From Candidatus Acetothermia bacterium (GTDB lineage: Bacteria; Bipolaricaulota; Bipolaricaulia; M55B111), in NCBI GenBank assembly GCA_046543235.1, contig JBKGZT010000014.1, positions 1-26,426 of the forward strand: DNA of 26,426 bases. The letters are read 5' to 3'. The notes beneath the pieces are model-generated. The model did no database searches. It was not told the DNA's origin and saw only the letters and a list, made by a program, of their open reading frames with translations. Numbering within the stretch: the first letter of the stretch is position 1; every line of letters begins with the position of its first letter. Of this stretch, positions 15,726-25,001 are shown piece after piece. The position numbers and the translations under genes were made by a program.

Positions 15726-17204
15726 ATGGTTAAAGGTCAAGGAGAAAACAGGGGAATTATTCGCGATCTGGGTAAGATGCCCACGCCGGAATCCGGCTTT
15801 CAGGGGCGGCTGGAACTGGAACCTGAGGAGGGGAGAGTAGGAGAGCGGGTAAATCTGGCTGGCCGTAATCTCCCACCTGAAAAGCAATTTCAATTGATCT
15901 GGCGATCCCACTCCATGGACTGGGATATCGAGAGAAACTCCGACGGTGTCCTCTGGAAGAGGTTTCTCGGTTTTAATTATAGTGAGAGGCAGGAGTTGAT
16001 CGGGGAGGTGGAGACGGATCCGGAAGGACGCTTCGATCACGAGTTCGAGGTTCCGGAGGATTTCGGGGGAACCCACGACATCTACCTGGTAACGGAAAAG
16101 GAGAGGGTAAATAAGATCGGATTCCTGGTGGTTCCCGATTTCGACGTGGGGCCGCTTTCCGGCCCTTTTGGCTCGCCGATTACCGTCAAGGCCCGGGGGT
16201 TGCCCCTTCTGGTCCCTGAATCAGTGGATAACCCGCCCTACCACGTCTACTACGACAACAGCTATGTCGGGTTGATCAGTCCGGTTACGGCAAAGGGAAG
16301 TGCCGAGCTGACAATCCCGGCCACGGGCAAGCCTGGTCCACACGTAATTGACGTAGAGCGCTGTCAGTTCGGCAACGCCCATTCCTACAGACAGACGCAT
16401 ATTGGACTGCTTTCCCTGCCGGGTACGCCCGACCTCTCCTGGACCTTCGAGCTGGAGGAGGGTGAGCCCGTGCTTCCGCCGCCGATCGGCGAACAGGTTC
16501 CCTACAGCGTTCCGAGGGAAGGTTCCGGGTTGAAAGATGATCCCTCTTCTCCCGAGTTGACGACGGCCGAGAGGGCGTTCAGCATCCATGATTCCGTCTT
16601 GGTAAAAGGGGCCGGTTTCCCCCCAGGGACTTCCGTTCAGCTCGTCTGGCCGGAGCTGGAAGGGAGCAACATGAGAGAGGAAGGGTTCCAGGAAAGGGAC
16701 GCGGTTGCCCTGGAGGTCACTACGGACGAAGAAGGCCGCCTAGAGGCGGAGATTTCGCCGTCCCCGAAAACCGTTCAGGGTGGGCCTCATCCGATTCACG
16801 CCATGCTGGAGGGAAAGAAAGTTGCCACTACTTCGGCGATAGCCCTCCCGGAGTTCGAAGAACTCACCCCTGAATCCGGGCCGGTGGGGACCGGGATAAC
16901 TATCAATGCCCAGGGTGTGGGGTGGAACGAGCCCTGGAACCAGGTCACCATAGTCTACGATAACTCCTACATCGGCTATGCCTGCGGTGGCGACATTCCC
17001 GGTATAATCGAGGCAAAACTCAGGGCGACGGGCGAGCCGGGCTGGCACCTGATCGATATCTATCCGACCGTCCAGAAGCAGAGGAACTTTGCCAAAGAAG
17101 CGTTCGAGATTCCGTTCATTTATCGACTCCCCATACTTAATTGGGAGTCCCATCCGGAGGGTTATCATTTCCGTTACGCCTTCAAGGTCGAAGAAGGAAG
17201 TTGA
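15726..17204 (+). CDS. Uncharacterised protein with tandem Ig-like (IPT/TIG-like) modules, (AB)2 internal duplication
   Basis: Repeated P.SGP.G..IT..A.G, YDNSY.G and ATG.PG.H.ID motifs; GAGGAGG SD; no obvious signal peptide. Confidence 0.75.
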   Translation: MVKGQGENRGIIRDLGKMPTPESGFQGRLELEPEEGRVGERVNLAGRNLPPEKQFQLIWRSHSMDWDIERNSDGVLWKRFLGFNYSERQELIGEVETDPEGRFDHEFEVPEDFGGTHDIYLVTEKERVNKIGFLVVPDFDVGPLSGPFGSPITVKARGLPLLVPESVDNPPYHVYYDNSYVGLISPVTAKGSAELTIPATGKPGPHVIDVERCQFGNAHSYRQTHIGLLSLPGTPDLSWTFELEEGEPVLPPPIGEQVPYSVPREGSGLKDDPSSPELTTAERAFSIHDSVLVKGAGFPPGTSVQLVWPELEGSNMREEGFQERDAVALEVTTDEEGRLEAEISPSPKTVQGGPHPIHAMLEGKKVATTSAIALPEFEELTPESGPVGTGITINAQGVGWNEPWNQVTIVYDNSYIGYACGGDIPGIIEAKLRATGEPGWHLIDIYPTVQKQRNFAKEAFEIPFIYRLPILNWESHPEGYHFRYAFKVEEGS

Positions 17205-17216
17205 GAGGTGATATCC

Positions 17217-18554
17217 TTGTCCGAGAAAAATTTAACCGACTCGGGAGATGTATTTACAAGAAGGAATTTCCTCAAAATAGCCGGCGGGTCTCTGCTGGCG
17301 CTAACGGTGCCGGGTCTGGGATCGGAAGGTCTCGGTGCTTCCTCGAGTGATAAGCTGGAACTTGGCGGTATATTCTCGCTTTCCGGTCCTAATGCCCCCG
17401 TCGGCAGGACGATCAGGGACGGGGCGAGACTCGCCGTGGAGAGGATCAACCGAGAGGGTGGAATAGGGGGAGAGATAGAGCTCGATCTGGTTGTCGAGGA
17501 CGGAAAGACTTCTCAGACGGGCGCTTCCGAGGCCGCCAGAAGGTTGGCCAACAGGGGCGGGATAGGCTTCGCCCTCGGACCACTGATCGGTACCCACGGA
17601 CGGGCAACTCAGCCGATACTCGGAGGTGCCGAGATCCCGCAGATGTTCTTTGGAACGGACGTCGGCTTTACGGATAGACACGACGAGTACCCCCTCTCAT
17701 TTCGCTTCGGGACTCAAACCGCGCTACAATTCGTTCCACCGCTCGTATACGCGGTCGAAGAGAGGGACCAGGGGAAACTGTTCCTGCTCACCCCGAACAA
17801 CCAGCAGGGAGGGTCGATCGAGGAGGTAGTGCAAAACGCGGTTTCCCGCCTGGAGGAAGGAGAACTTGTCGGTTCCGAGTCCTACCCGCCGTTCAACCGG
17901 GACTTTTCCTCTTTGACCTCCCGGGTCTGGAATTCCGAAGCCGAGGGAGTAGTTATAGGTACCGGGGTTCCCGCCGACCTGGTTTCGGTCGCCCGTGAGT
18001 TCGATCGCCAGGGACTTGACCCTACCGAATTCGGCTACTATACGGGTCAGACTCCCAACGGAGCCGTCGCCTTTGAGAACCAGATAATGGACGAGGGGTT
18101 GGGAGAAGGTATAATATACTCCTGGCATTATGATAAGCGAGAATACGGACGTGTTTTCGAGAGGTCGGATCCGCCTGAGGAGGCGGAGAAAATGGAGGCG
18201 GCTTTCGAGGAGAGGTTCGGTTCCCCGCCGGATTCGGCGCCCTCCGCCAGCTGGGGATGGGGTGGTGTCCGTATAATTAAACAGGGAATCGAGGGATTGA
18301 TGGAAGAGCGTGGGAAGGAAGAAGTCCTGGAGATGGACTTAGGAACCCAGCTTCCATCCGAAGTAGTGGAATACCTGCTGCCGGAGAGTAAGGACGAGGT
18401 CGGTCCCGAAATAGAAACTCCCTTCGGGAACGCCGGGTTCCTCAGCTGCGGTCAGTTCGACGTCGGACTTGGCGTTGGGACGGTAAAGGACGGTGAAAGG
18501 TACCTCCTGAAGGATAGGGGCTATGGCAGGGAGATAATCCCACCCCTGTGCTGA
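17217..18554 (+). CDS. Liv-type (HAAT) ABC transporter substrate-binding protein, Tat-exported
   Basis: TRRNFLK signal; GGIFSLSGPNA, LAVERINREGGIGG, DFSSL; GAGGTG SD favours TTG 17217 (ORF track starts at 17208). Confidence 0.9.
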   Translation: MSEKNLTDSGDVFTRRNFLKIAGGSLLALTVPGLGSEGLGASSSDKLELGGIFSLSGPNAPVGRTIRDGARLAVERINREGGIGGEIELDLVVEDGKTSQTGASEAARRLANRGGIGFALGPLIGTHGRATQPILGGAEIPQMFFGTDVGFTDRHDEYPLSFRFGTQTALQFVPPLVYAVEERDQGKLFLLTPNNQQGGSIEEVVQNAVSRLEEGELVGSESYPPFNRDFSSLTSRVWNSEAEGVVIGTGVPADLVSVAREFDRQGLDPTEFGYYTGQTPNGAVAFENQIMDEGLGEGIIYSWHYDKREYGRVFERSDPPEEAEKMEAAFEERFGSPPDSAPSASWGWGGVRIIKQGIEGLMEERGKEEVLEMDLGTQLPSEVVEYLLPESKDEVGPEIETPFGNAGFLSCGQFDVGLGVGTVKDGERYLLKDRGYGREIIPPLC

Positions 18555-18567
18555 GGCGGGCGACACC

Positions 18568-20529
18568 GTGGGAGAGTTGACGAACCTGACCAGCTTTCTG
18601 TTCAACGGACTTCATCTGGGCGCTTACTACGCCATCGTGGCGGCAGGTGTCGCCATAGTCTTCGGCGTACTTGAGGTTGGTGACGTCGCCCAGGGCGGCT
18701 TGTTCACCCTCGGGGCTTACCTTACCTATTCCGTGACCTCGATACTCGGGTTGAACTATTTTCTCGCTCCGATACTCGTTGTACCAGTTACTGCTTCCGT
18801 CAGCGTCTTTTTCGGGGTGGTCGTCTACCGGAAGCTTCGGGATCACGGGATTGCGCCGACCTTCCTGGGGGCGGTGAGCCTGTTGATCGTTCTCCAGAGC
18901 CTCCTCGCGACGGCCTTCGGAGAGAGGGCGAAGACCGTAAGCTCGCCGCTGCTTCCTCGAACCGTTAAGATTGGACAGGCCAGGATATTTTCCCACAAGC
19001 TATTCGTGATTTTCGCGTCCCTCCTGCTGGCGTTCCTGGTCTGGTACTGGTTGAAAAGGACCCGCCAGGGCAAGTCGTTACGCGCCGTGGCTGGAAACAG
19101 GGAGGCGGCTTCCTTGGTGGGGGTAGATCCGAAGAAGGCGGCTATTATTGGGTTCGGAGTGGCTGGGGGTCTTTCCGGGCTCGCCGGCTTCCTGACCGCG
19201 CCTGTCTATCCGATTACGCCCTTTGCCGGACGGTTGACCGTACTCAAGGCATTCGTAATTTCAAGGCTGGCCCTGGGATCGGTTCCGGCGGTGGTCGGGC
19301 TGGCCCTGGTAATTGGCCTGGCCGAATCTCTGGCCTCCGGATACTTCCTGGGGGAGCTGAGCAACCTGATACCCTTCCTCCTCCTGGTAGTCGTAGCTCT
19401 GGCCAGGCCTGACACCATCGGGCCGGAGGAGAGGTATAGGGTACGAAACAGCTCCAGCTGGCGGATTCGTCTCTCCCTTCCCGGCGGTCAAAGTCCGGGC
19501 TGGCTCATCGGAGCCGGCGCCTTTGCGCTGCCTTTCCTTTTTGATTTGCCCTCCTATTTCTTTCACCTATCCATAATGGCGGGGACATCGGCGATGGTCG
19601 TCACCGGCGTCGACCTGGTCTATGGCTACGTCGGAACTCCGACGCTGGTCCATGGTGCCCTGTTCGGGGTCGGGGCTTATACCTCTGCCTTGCTTACGGG
19701 ATCTCTTGGTAGTTCTGTTTTTATTTCACTGGTGGCTGGAATCCTGGCCAGTGGGCTTGCGGGAGTACTGATCGGCGTTCTTGGCGTCAGGACCGGGAGG
19801 CACTGGACCTCGTTTACCTTCATTATGACGATAGTCTTTACGATAGTAGTGACCAACCTGGAGTCGATTACCGGAGGAGTAGGCGGGGTTTACGGGATTC
19901 CGGAACTTAAAGTAGGTTTCCCCGGTTTGGGCTGGCTGGCTTTGAACCCTTTTCAAAACAAGGAATCATACTACCTGCTGGTTCTCGGAGTTCTTAGTCT
20001 GGTGCTTTTGTTGAAAAGGGGGCTATTGGCCTCCTGGTTTGGGAGGGCCCTGAGGGCGATCCGGGAGAACGAGGTCCTTGCGGAGTCCGTGGGGATACCG
20101 GTCGACCTGTACAGGGTAGGGGGTTTTACGATCAGCGCCGGAATAGCCGGGGCTGCCGGATCGCTTTTCGCTCACTACGTCGCCTACATTCATCCGGAGT
20201 TATTCAACTTTATAACCTCCTTCGAGTTCCTGTTGATGAACAGGGTGGGAGGGATCGGGAGCGTAGTCGGCCCGATCCTGGGGTCCACTTCCGTTCTGAC
20301 GCTGGAAGAGTTGACGAAGGGACTTAGTCCTTACCTGGGGAGGGTGGTGACCGGCATTTTGCTAATATTGACACTGATCTATCTTCCGGGTGGAGCCCTT
20401 GGATTCCTGAAGAGGGTTTCCGCAAGGTTTCTTCCCGACGGACTGGTTCGGTTTAGGGGGAACGAGACCGAGTTAGACCGTCCCCGGAACGGGGACGAAA
20501 GAGGTGAAGGGAATGAAGGAGGTCCTTAG
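18568..20529 (+). CDS. Fused LivH-LivM-type ABC permease
   Basis: Two hydrophobic halves, each with the loop motif (GKSLRAVAGNREAASLVGVD; GRALRAIRENEVLAESVGIP). Confidence 0.92.
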   Translation: MGELTNLTSFLFNGLHLGAYYAIVAAGVAIVFGVLEVGDVAQGGLFTLGAYLTYSVTSILGLNYFLAPILVVPVTASVSVFFGVVVYRKLRDHGIAPTFLGAVSLLIVLQSLLATAFGERAKTVSSPLLPRTVKIGQARIFSHKLFVIFASLLLAFLVWYWLKRTRQGKSLRAVAGNREAASLVGVDPKKAAIIGFGVAGGLSGLAGFLTAPVYPITPFAGRLTVLKAFVISRLALGSVPAVVGLALVIGLAESLASGYFLGELSNLIPFLLLVVVALARPDTIGPEERYRVRNSSSWRIRLSLPGGQSPGWLIGAGAFALPFLFDLPSYFFHLSIMAGTSAMVVTGVDLVYGYVGTPTLVHGALFGVGAYTSALLTGSLGSSVFISLVAGILASGLAGVLIGVLGVRTGRHWTSFTFIMTIVFTIVVTNLESITGGVGGVYGIPELKVGFPGLGWLALNPFQNKESYYLLVLGVLSLVLLLKRGLLASWFGRALRAIRENEVLAESVGIPVDLYRVGGFTISAGIAGAAGSLFAHYVAYIHPELFNFITSFEFLLMNRVGGIGSVVGPILGSTSVLTLEELTKGLSPYLGRVVTGILLILTLIYLPGGALGFLKRVSARFLPDGLVRFRGNETELDRPRNGDERGEGNEGGP

Positions 20530-21238
20530 AACTGAAGGCCTCAGCCGAAAGTTCGGCGGGGTAGAAGCGGTATCCGGAGTTGACTTCTCCGTTGAGAAGG
20601 GACAGGCAGTCGGAGTGATCGGTCCCAACGGAGCGGGTAAAACAACCCTGTTTAACCTGATCAGCGGTTTTCTCCGGCCGAGTACCGGAGAAGTATATTA
20701 CCGCGGGGAGAGAATAACCGACTGGAGCGTCCACAGGAGGGTGGAGGAAGGCCTAACCAGGACCTTCCAGGTTAGCAAGGTATTTCCGAGGATGAGCGTG
20801 AGGGAAAACGTCCTTACCGGTACCTATACATCGAGGGGGTCGGGCGGACTCACCTGGCTGGTAGGTGAAAAGGATAAAAAAGGTGGTAGCCCGGAGGTTA
20901 CGGTTGAGAGAATCATGGAGGTTACGAAACTCGACGGTTACGAGGACAGGCTCGCGATGGACCTTTCCTACGGTTACAGGCGCAGACTGGAGCTGGCCGT
21001 TGCACTGGCCACGGACCCGAGGTTGCTCCTCCTGGACGAGCCCTTCAGCGGTACCAATCCGCTTGACCTTGACGAACTGGTTAATTTGTTGAAACTACTA
21101 AACGAAGGTGGGGTGACGATCCTGGTCGTGGAACACGACCTGGGTTCCATTATCAACCTAGTTGACAGGCTGATCTACATGGATTCCGGTAGGATGGTGG
21201 TCCCCGGTGAATCATCTTCTGGAAGTGGAGGATCTTGA
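20513..21238 (+). CDS. LivG-type ABC ATPase
   Basis: GPNGAGKTT, RTFQ, LSYGYRRRLELA, LLLDEP, VEHD; ATG 20513 (or GTG 20504). Confidence 0.93.
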   Translation: MKEVLRTEGLSRKFGGVEAVSGVDFSVEKGQAVGVIGPNGAGKTTLFNLISGFLRPSTGEVYYRGERITDWSVHRRVEEGLTRTFQVSKVFPRMSVRENVLTGTYTSRGSGGLTWLVGEKDKKGGSPEVTVERIMEVTKLDGYEDRLAMDLSYGYRRRLELAVALATDPRLLLLDEPFSGTNPLDLDELVNLLKLLNEGGVTILVVEHDLGSIINLVDRLIYMDSGRMVVPGESSSGSGGS

Positions 21239-21872
21239 ACTTCAGTTGGACTGTTTTAGAGTGCTGAAAGGGGTAAACCTTCGAGCGGAACGGGACGAGA
21301 TAGTTGCTCTGCTCGGGGAGAACGGGGCTGGGAAAACTATGACGTTGAGATCGATCGTGGGCCTGGAGAAGATCGATCGCGGTACCGTGAAATTCAAAGG
21401 AGAGGAAATCCAGAAACTCCCGGCTCACTCCCGGGTAAAGCTGGGGTTGAGCTACTGTCCTTCGGAGGAGAACGTCTTCCCGAGGATGAGCGTTCGGGAG
21501 AACCTGGAGATGGGAAAATACCTGTTTCCGGACGAGGTGGAGGAGGGTCTTGACCGGGCACTGCAGCTCTTTCCGGACCTGGCTGAATTCCTGGACCGGC
21601 TGGCGACGGAGTTGAGCGGTGGGGAGAAGAGGATGCTGGCCCTCGGCAAGTCCCTGATGACCGAGCCGGAACTGCTCCTCTTGGACGAGTTCTCCCTCGG
21701 CCTCTCCCAGGAGGTAGCACTCGAATTTTCGGCGAAGGTAAAGGAGGTAAACCGAACCGGTATTTCAGTATTGTTCGTCGAACAGAACAGGGCCCTGGCC
21801 GCGGACCTTGCCGGGCGGGAGTACCGGATGGTAGAAGGGCGGATAACGGAAGGATTCGGAACGGGGAGTTGA
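21207..21872 (+). CDS. LivF-type ABC ATPase
   Basis: [28 protein letters not shown]. Confidence 0.92.
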   Translation: MNHLLEVEDLELQLDCFRVLKGVNLRAERDEIVALLGENGAGKTMTLRSIVGLEKIDRGTVKFKGEEIQKLPAHSRVKLGLSYCPSEENVFPRMSVRENLEMGKYLFPDEVEEGLDRALQLFPDLAEFLDRLATELSGGEKRMLALGKSLMTEPELLLLDEFSLGLSQEVALEFSAKVKEVNRTGISVLFVEQNRALAADLAGREYRMVEGRITEGFGTGS

Positions 21873-21880
21873 GGAGGACG

Positions 21881-23575
21881 ATGGAGTCCAAAATTCACGA
21901 CGTTCTGGTTGTCGGTGGAGGTGCGGCCGGCCTAAGAGCCGCTCTGGCGGCCGAAGAAGTCATGGGGGACGTGGCGGTAGTGTCGAAATCTCACGCCCTC
22001 AGGTCTCATTCGGTCGCGGCCCAAGGCGGTATTGCAGCTGCGCTGGCCAACAAGGAAGCCAACAGGGGTGACAGCTGGAAGCGGCACCTCGAAGATACGG
22101 TAAATGGCGGTGATGGCCTGGTCGACAGGGATGCCGGGAGGATACTGACCAAGAACGCCGCGGAGTCCGTTATTGAGCTTGAGCACATGGGAGTTCCGTT
22201 TAACAGGACGGAAGAGGGGACCCTAGACCAGCGCCCGTTCGGCGGTCATGACCAGCCCAGGGCGCTTTACGCGTCCGATAGGACCGGGCACGCGGTCCTC
22301 TACGCTCTTTACGGGGAGAACCTGAAGCAGGATACGGCCTTCTACAACGAGCATTACGTCCTTGACCTGATGAGCGAGGGAAGGACTATCGAAGGAGTGG
22401 TTTCGTACGATCTTAAGACCGGTGAGCTTGTCCTCCTGCGGGCGGGAGCCGTCGTGATGGCGACCGGGGGCTGCAGCCAGGTTTACCGGGTGACGAGCAG
22501 CGGTCGTTCAAGTACCGGGGATGGTCTTGGGATTGCCCTGCGTAACGGAATTCCATTGGAGGATATGGAGTTTATTCAGTTCCATCCCACTGGATTAAGG
22601 GACCGAGGAACCCTGATTACCGAAGCCGCTCGCGGCGAGGGGGGATACCTGAGAAACGATAAAGGAGAGAGGTTCATGGAGCGGTACGCGCCGGAAGAGA
22701 TGGAACTGGCGCCCCGGGACGTAGTGGTTCGGGCCATGGTCGAAGAAATAGCTGCCGGCCGCGGTATCGGCGGGAATGATTTCCTTCACCTGGACTTGAC
22801 TCACCTGAGCGAGGAGAAGCTTCGATCGGATCTGCCGACCGTGACGAGAATGGCGGAGGACTTCAAGCGGGTCGATTCCGCCCGGGAGCCAATACCGGTC
22901 CAGCCGACCGCACACTATTGCATGGGCGGGATCCCCACTGATTTGGAAGGGCGCGTGAAGAACGATTCCAACGGGGAGCGTTGGAATAACCTTTTCGCTG
23001 CAGGAGAGACCGCCTGCTTAAGCGTCCACGGGGCCAACAGGCTGGGGACGAATTCCCTGCTGGAGGCGGTGACCTTCGGGAAGAGGGCCGGTCGCGCCGC
23101 CGCGGGGCGAGCTTCTGAGATAAGCAACTCTAAAATGAGAGGGAATTACGAGAAAAGGTACGAAGAATTCCTCGATTTATTGCTGCAGTCCTCCGGGTCG
23201 ATCCGGGTGGCTACTCTGCGGAATCGGCTGAAAGAAGTGATGACCGAGGATTGTGGCTTACGGAGGGACGAGGAGGGTTTGAAAGAGGGTATAGAAACCA
23301 TCCGGGATTTGAAGGAGAAATTTCGAAATGAGCTGCAGCTGGTGGACCGGGGGAGGGAGTTCAACACGGAGTTGCGGGCGGCCCTCGAACTGCGTAACGA
23401 GTTGGAGTTTTCCGAAGCCATTGCTCGGGCGGCGCTAGCGCGCAAGGAGAGCCGAGGTGCTCACTGGCGCCGGGACTTCCCGGAGAGGGACGACGAGAAC
23501 TGGCTGGTACACAGTTTAACTCGAAGGAGTTCGTCCGATGAATTGGAAGTGGACCACTTTTCGGTAAGGAGGTGA
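21881..23575 (+). CDS. sdhA: Succinate dehydrogenase / fumarate reductase flavoprotein subunit
   Basis: [10 protein letters not shown] (covalent FAD His), [54 protein letters not shown] before ATG 21881. Confidence 0.95.
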   Translation: MESKIHDVLVVGGGAAGLRAALAAEEVMGDVAVVSKSHALRSHSVAAQGGIAAALANKEANRGDSWKRHLEDTVNGGDGLVDRDAGRILTKNAAESVIELEHMGVPFNRTEEGTLDQRPFGGHDQPRALYASDRTGHAVLYALYGENLKQDTAFYNEHYVLDLMSEGRTIEGVVSYDLKTGELVLLRAGAVVMATGGCSQVYRVTSSGRSSTGDGLGIALRNGIPLEDMEFIQFHPTGLRDRGTLITEAARGEGGYLRNDKGERFMERYAPEEMELAPRDVVVRAMVEEIAAGRGIGGNDFLHLDLTHLSEEKLRSDLPTVTRMAEDFKRVDSAREPIPVQPTAHYCMGGIPTDLEGRVKNDSNGERWNNLFAAGETACLSVHGANRLGTNSLLEAVTFGKRAGRAAAGRASEISNSKMRGNYEKRYEEFLDLLLQSSGSIRVATLRNRLKEVMTEDCGLRRDEEGLKEGIETIRDLKEKFRNELQLVDRGREFNTELRAALELRNELEFSEAIARAALARKESRGAHWRRDFPERDDENWLVHSLTRRSSSDELEVDHFSVRR

Positions 23576-24336
23576 AAGGACGTTCGTTAGGTACGGACGA
23601 CGAGCGGATGAGAGAAGTAGTTTTCGAGATCAACCGTTACGATCCTGAAACCGAGGAAGGTAGTTATTCTTCTCAGTTTCCTCTGAAGTTATCGGAGGAA
23701 GAATTGAGGGACCTTACCGTCCTTGATTGTTTGCTACGGATAAAGGAGGAAAAGGACGGCAGTCTTACTTTCAGGCACTCCTGCGGCCATGGGACCTGCG
23801 GATCCTGTGCGGTCTTGATCGATGGTGTGAACAGGTTGGCATGTGAGACTCAGGTTCTGGGGCTGATCGAGGGCGAGTCCGAGGACCTTATCGAGGTTGC
23901 CCCGTTGCCCGGTTTCCCCAGGATCAAGGATCTGGTGATTGACCTGGAGGATCTGTATCGTAAGGACGAGGAGGTCAAACCGTATTTGATCCAGAAAAAA
24001 CCTCCTCCCGCGGACCGCGAACGGCTTCAGTCCTCCGGGGAGCTAGAGGATATTCGGGAGGCGACGGATTGTATCATGTGTGGGGCCTGTACGGCTTCCT
24101 GCCCGACTTACTGGGACAAAAAGAGCTATCTTGGGCCCGCTGCCTTCGTTCGGGCTTACCGCTGGATTAACGATAGCAGGGACGAAGGGGGAGAGGAGCA
24201 CATGGAAGGCCTGGACGACGAGTCCAGCGGGGTCTGGGGCTGCAACAAGGTGTTTAACTGCTTGGATGCCTGTCCCAAGGATGTAGATACCGTGGGAATA
24301 ATAGAGGCTCTCAAGCGATCAGCACTGGGTTTTTAA
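23572..24336 (+). CDS. sdhB: Succinate dehydrogenase / fumarate reductase iron-sulfur subunit
   Basis: CGHGTCGSC...C (2Fe-2S), [12 protein letters not shown] and [12 protein letters not shown] (4Fe-4S/3Fe-4S). Confidence 0.95.
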   Translation: MKGRSLGTDDERMREVVFEINRYDPETEEGSYSSQFPLKLSEEELRDLTVLDCLLRIKEEKDGSLTFRHSCGHGTCGSCAVLIDGVNRLACETQVLGLIEGESEDLIEVAPLPGFPRIKDLVIDLEDLYRKDEEVKPYLIQKKPPPADRERLQSSGELEDIREATDCIMCGACTASCPTYWDKKSYLGPAAFVRAYRWINDSRDEGGEEHMEGLDDESSGVWGCNKVFNCLDACPKDVDTVGIIEALKRSALGF

Positions 24337-24358
24337 CCTGGTAATCCGACGGAGTTAT

Positions 24359-24372
24359 ATTACAATTGTTAT
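24359..24372. promoter_or_regulatory. Candidate operator, copy 2
   Basis: ATTACAATTGTTAT, identical to 14164-14177, in the sdhB-doxX intergenic gap. Confidence 0.55.
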
Positions 24373-24447
24373 TGAATTCTTTTGCTCTGTTGTGTCGGAC
24401 TCATGTCAATTGCGAACTCGAACTATAAAAAGGAGGTAATAGATACC

Positions 24448-24942
24448 ATGTCCGAGGAGAGCTCTAAGGTCAATTCGTTTGGTTTAAAAGTTGCCCTGTT
24501 CTTTACCAGGGTGATTGCCGGAGCGAGCATGATCGGGCTGGGCCTAAGGTTGTTCATAGATGGCGGCTGGGGGGCCTGGAATTCTATAGGAGTCGTCCTT
24601 CCGACGACCTATCCCAGAGGACCGATAGGTGATATTTTTCTCAATTTCTGGGGAAACCAATTCGTAATTCAGCTATTGATCTGGGGAGCAGTTTTAGTTG
24701 GGCTCTCGCTGGTCTTTGGGGCCTTTCTACGGCTGGGCGCTTACGGCGGAATCCTTATAATGCTCATGCTTTACCTGGCAGTGATTCCTCCTGCTTCCGT
24801 GATCTTCAACCAGCATACGATTTACATTATGGTGTTAGCCATCCTGGCGGTATCCAGGGCGGGAGAAATCGGAGGAATAGATAGCTTCATCGGCGACCGG
24901 CTGGAAGAAAGATATCCCAAGCTCAGGTACTTCCTGGGTTAG
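24448..24942 (+). CDS. DoxX/DoxD-family membrane protein
   Basis: About four TM segments; TRVIAG, VGLSLVFGAFLRLG, NQHTIY, AGEIGGID, YPKLRYFLG; AAGGAGGT SD before ATG 24448 (ORF track starts at 24382). Confidence 0.75.
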   Translation: MSEESSKVNSFGLKVALFFTRVIAGASMIGLGLRLFIDGGWGAWNSIGVVLPTTYPRGPIGDIFLNFWGNQFVIQLLIWGAVLVGLSLVFGAFLRLGAYGGILIMLMLYLAVIPPASVIFNQHTIYIMVLAILAVSRAGEIGGIDSFIGDRLEERYPKLRYFLG

Positions 24943-25001
24943 CCCTCGATAAAGCTTGGAGGGGGTAGTTTCCTTGTCTGCTCTTTCAGAGAGTACGGAT
25001 T

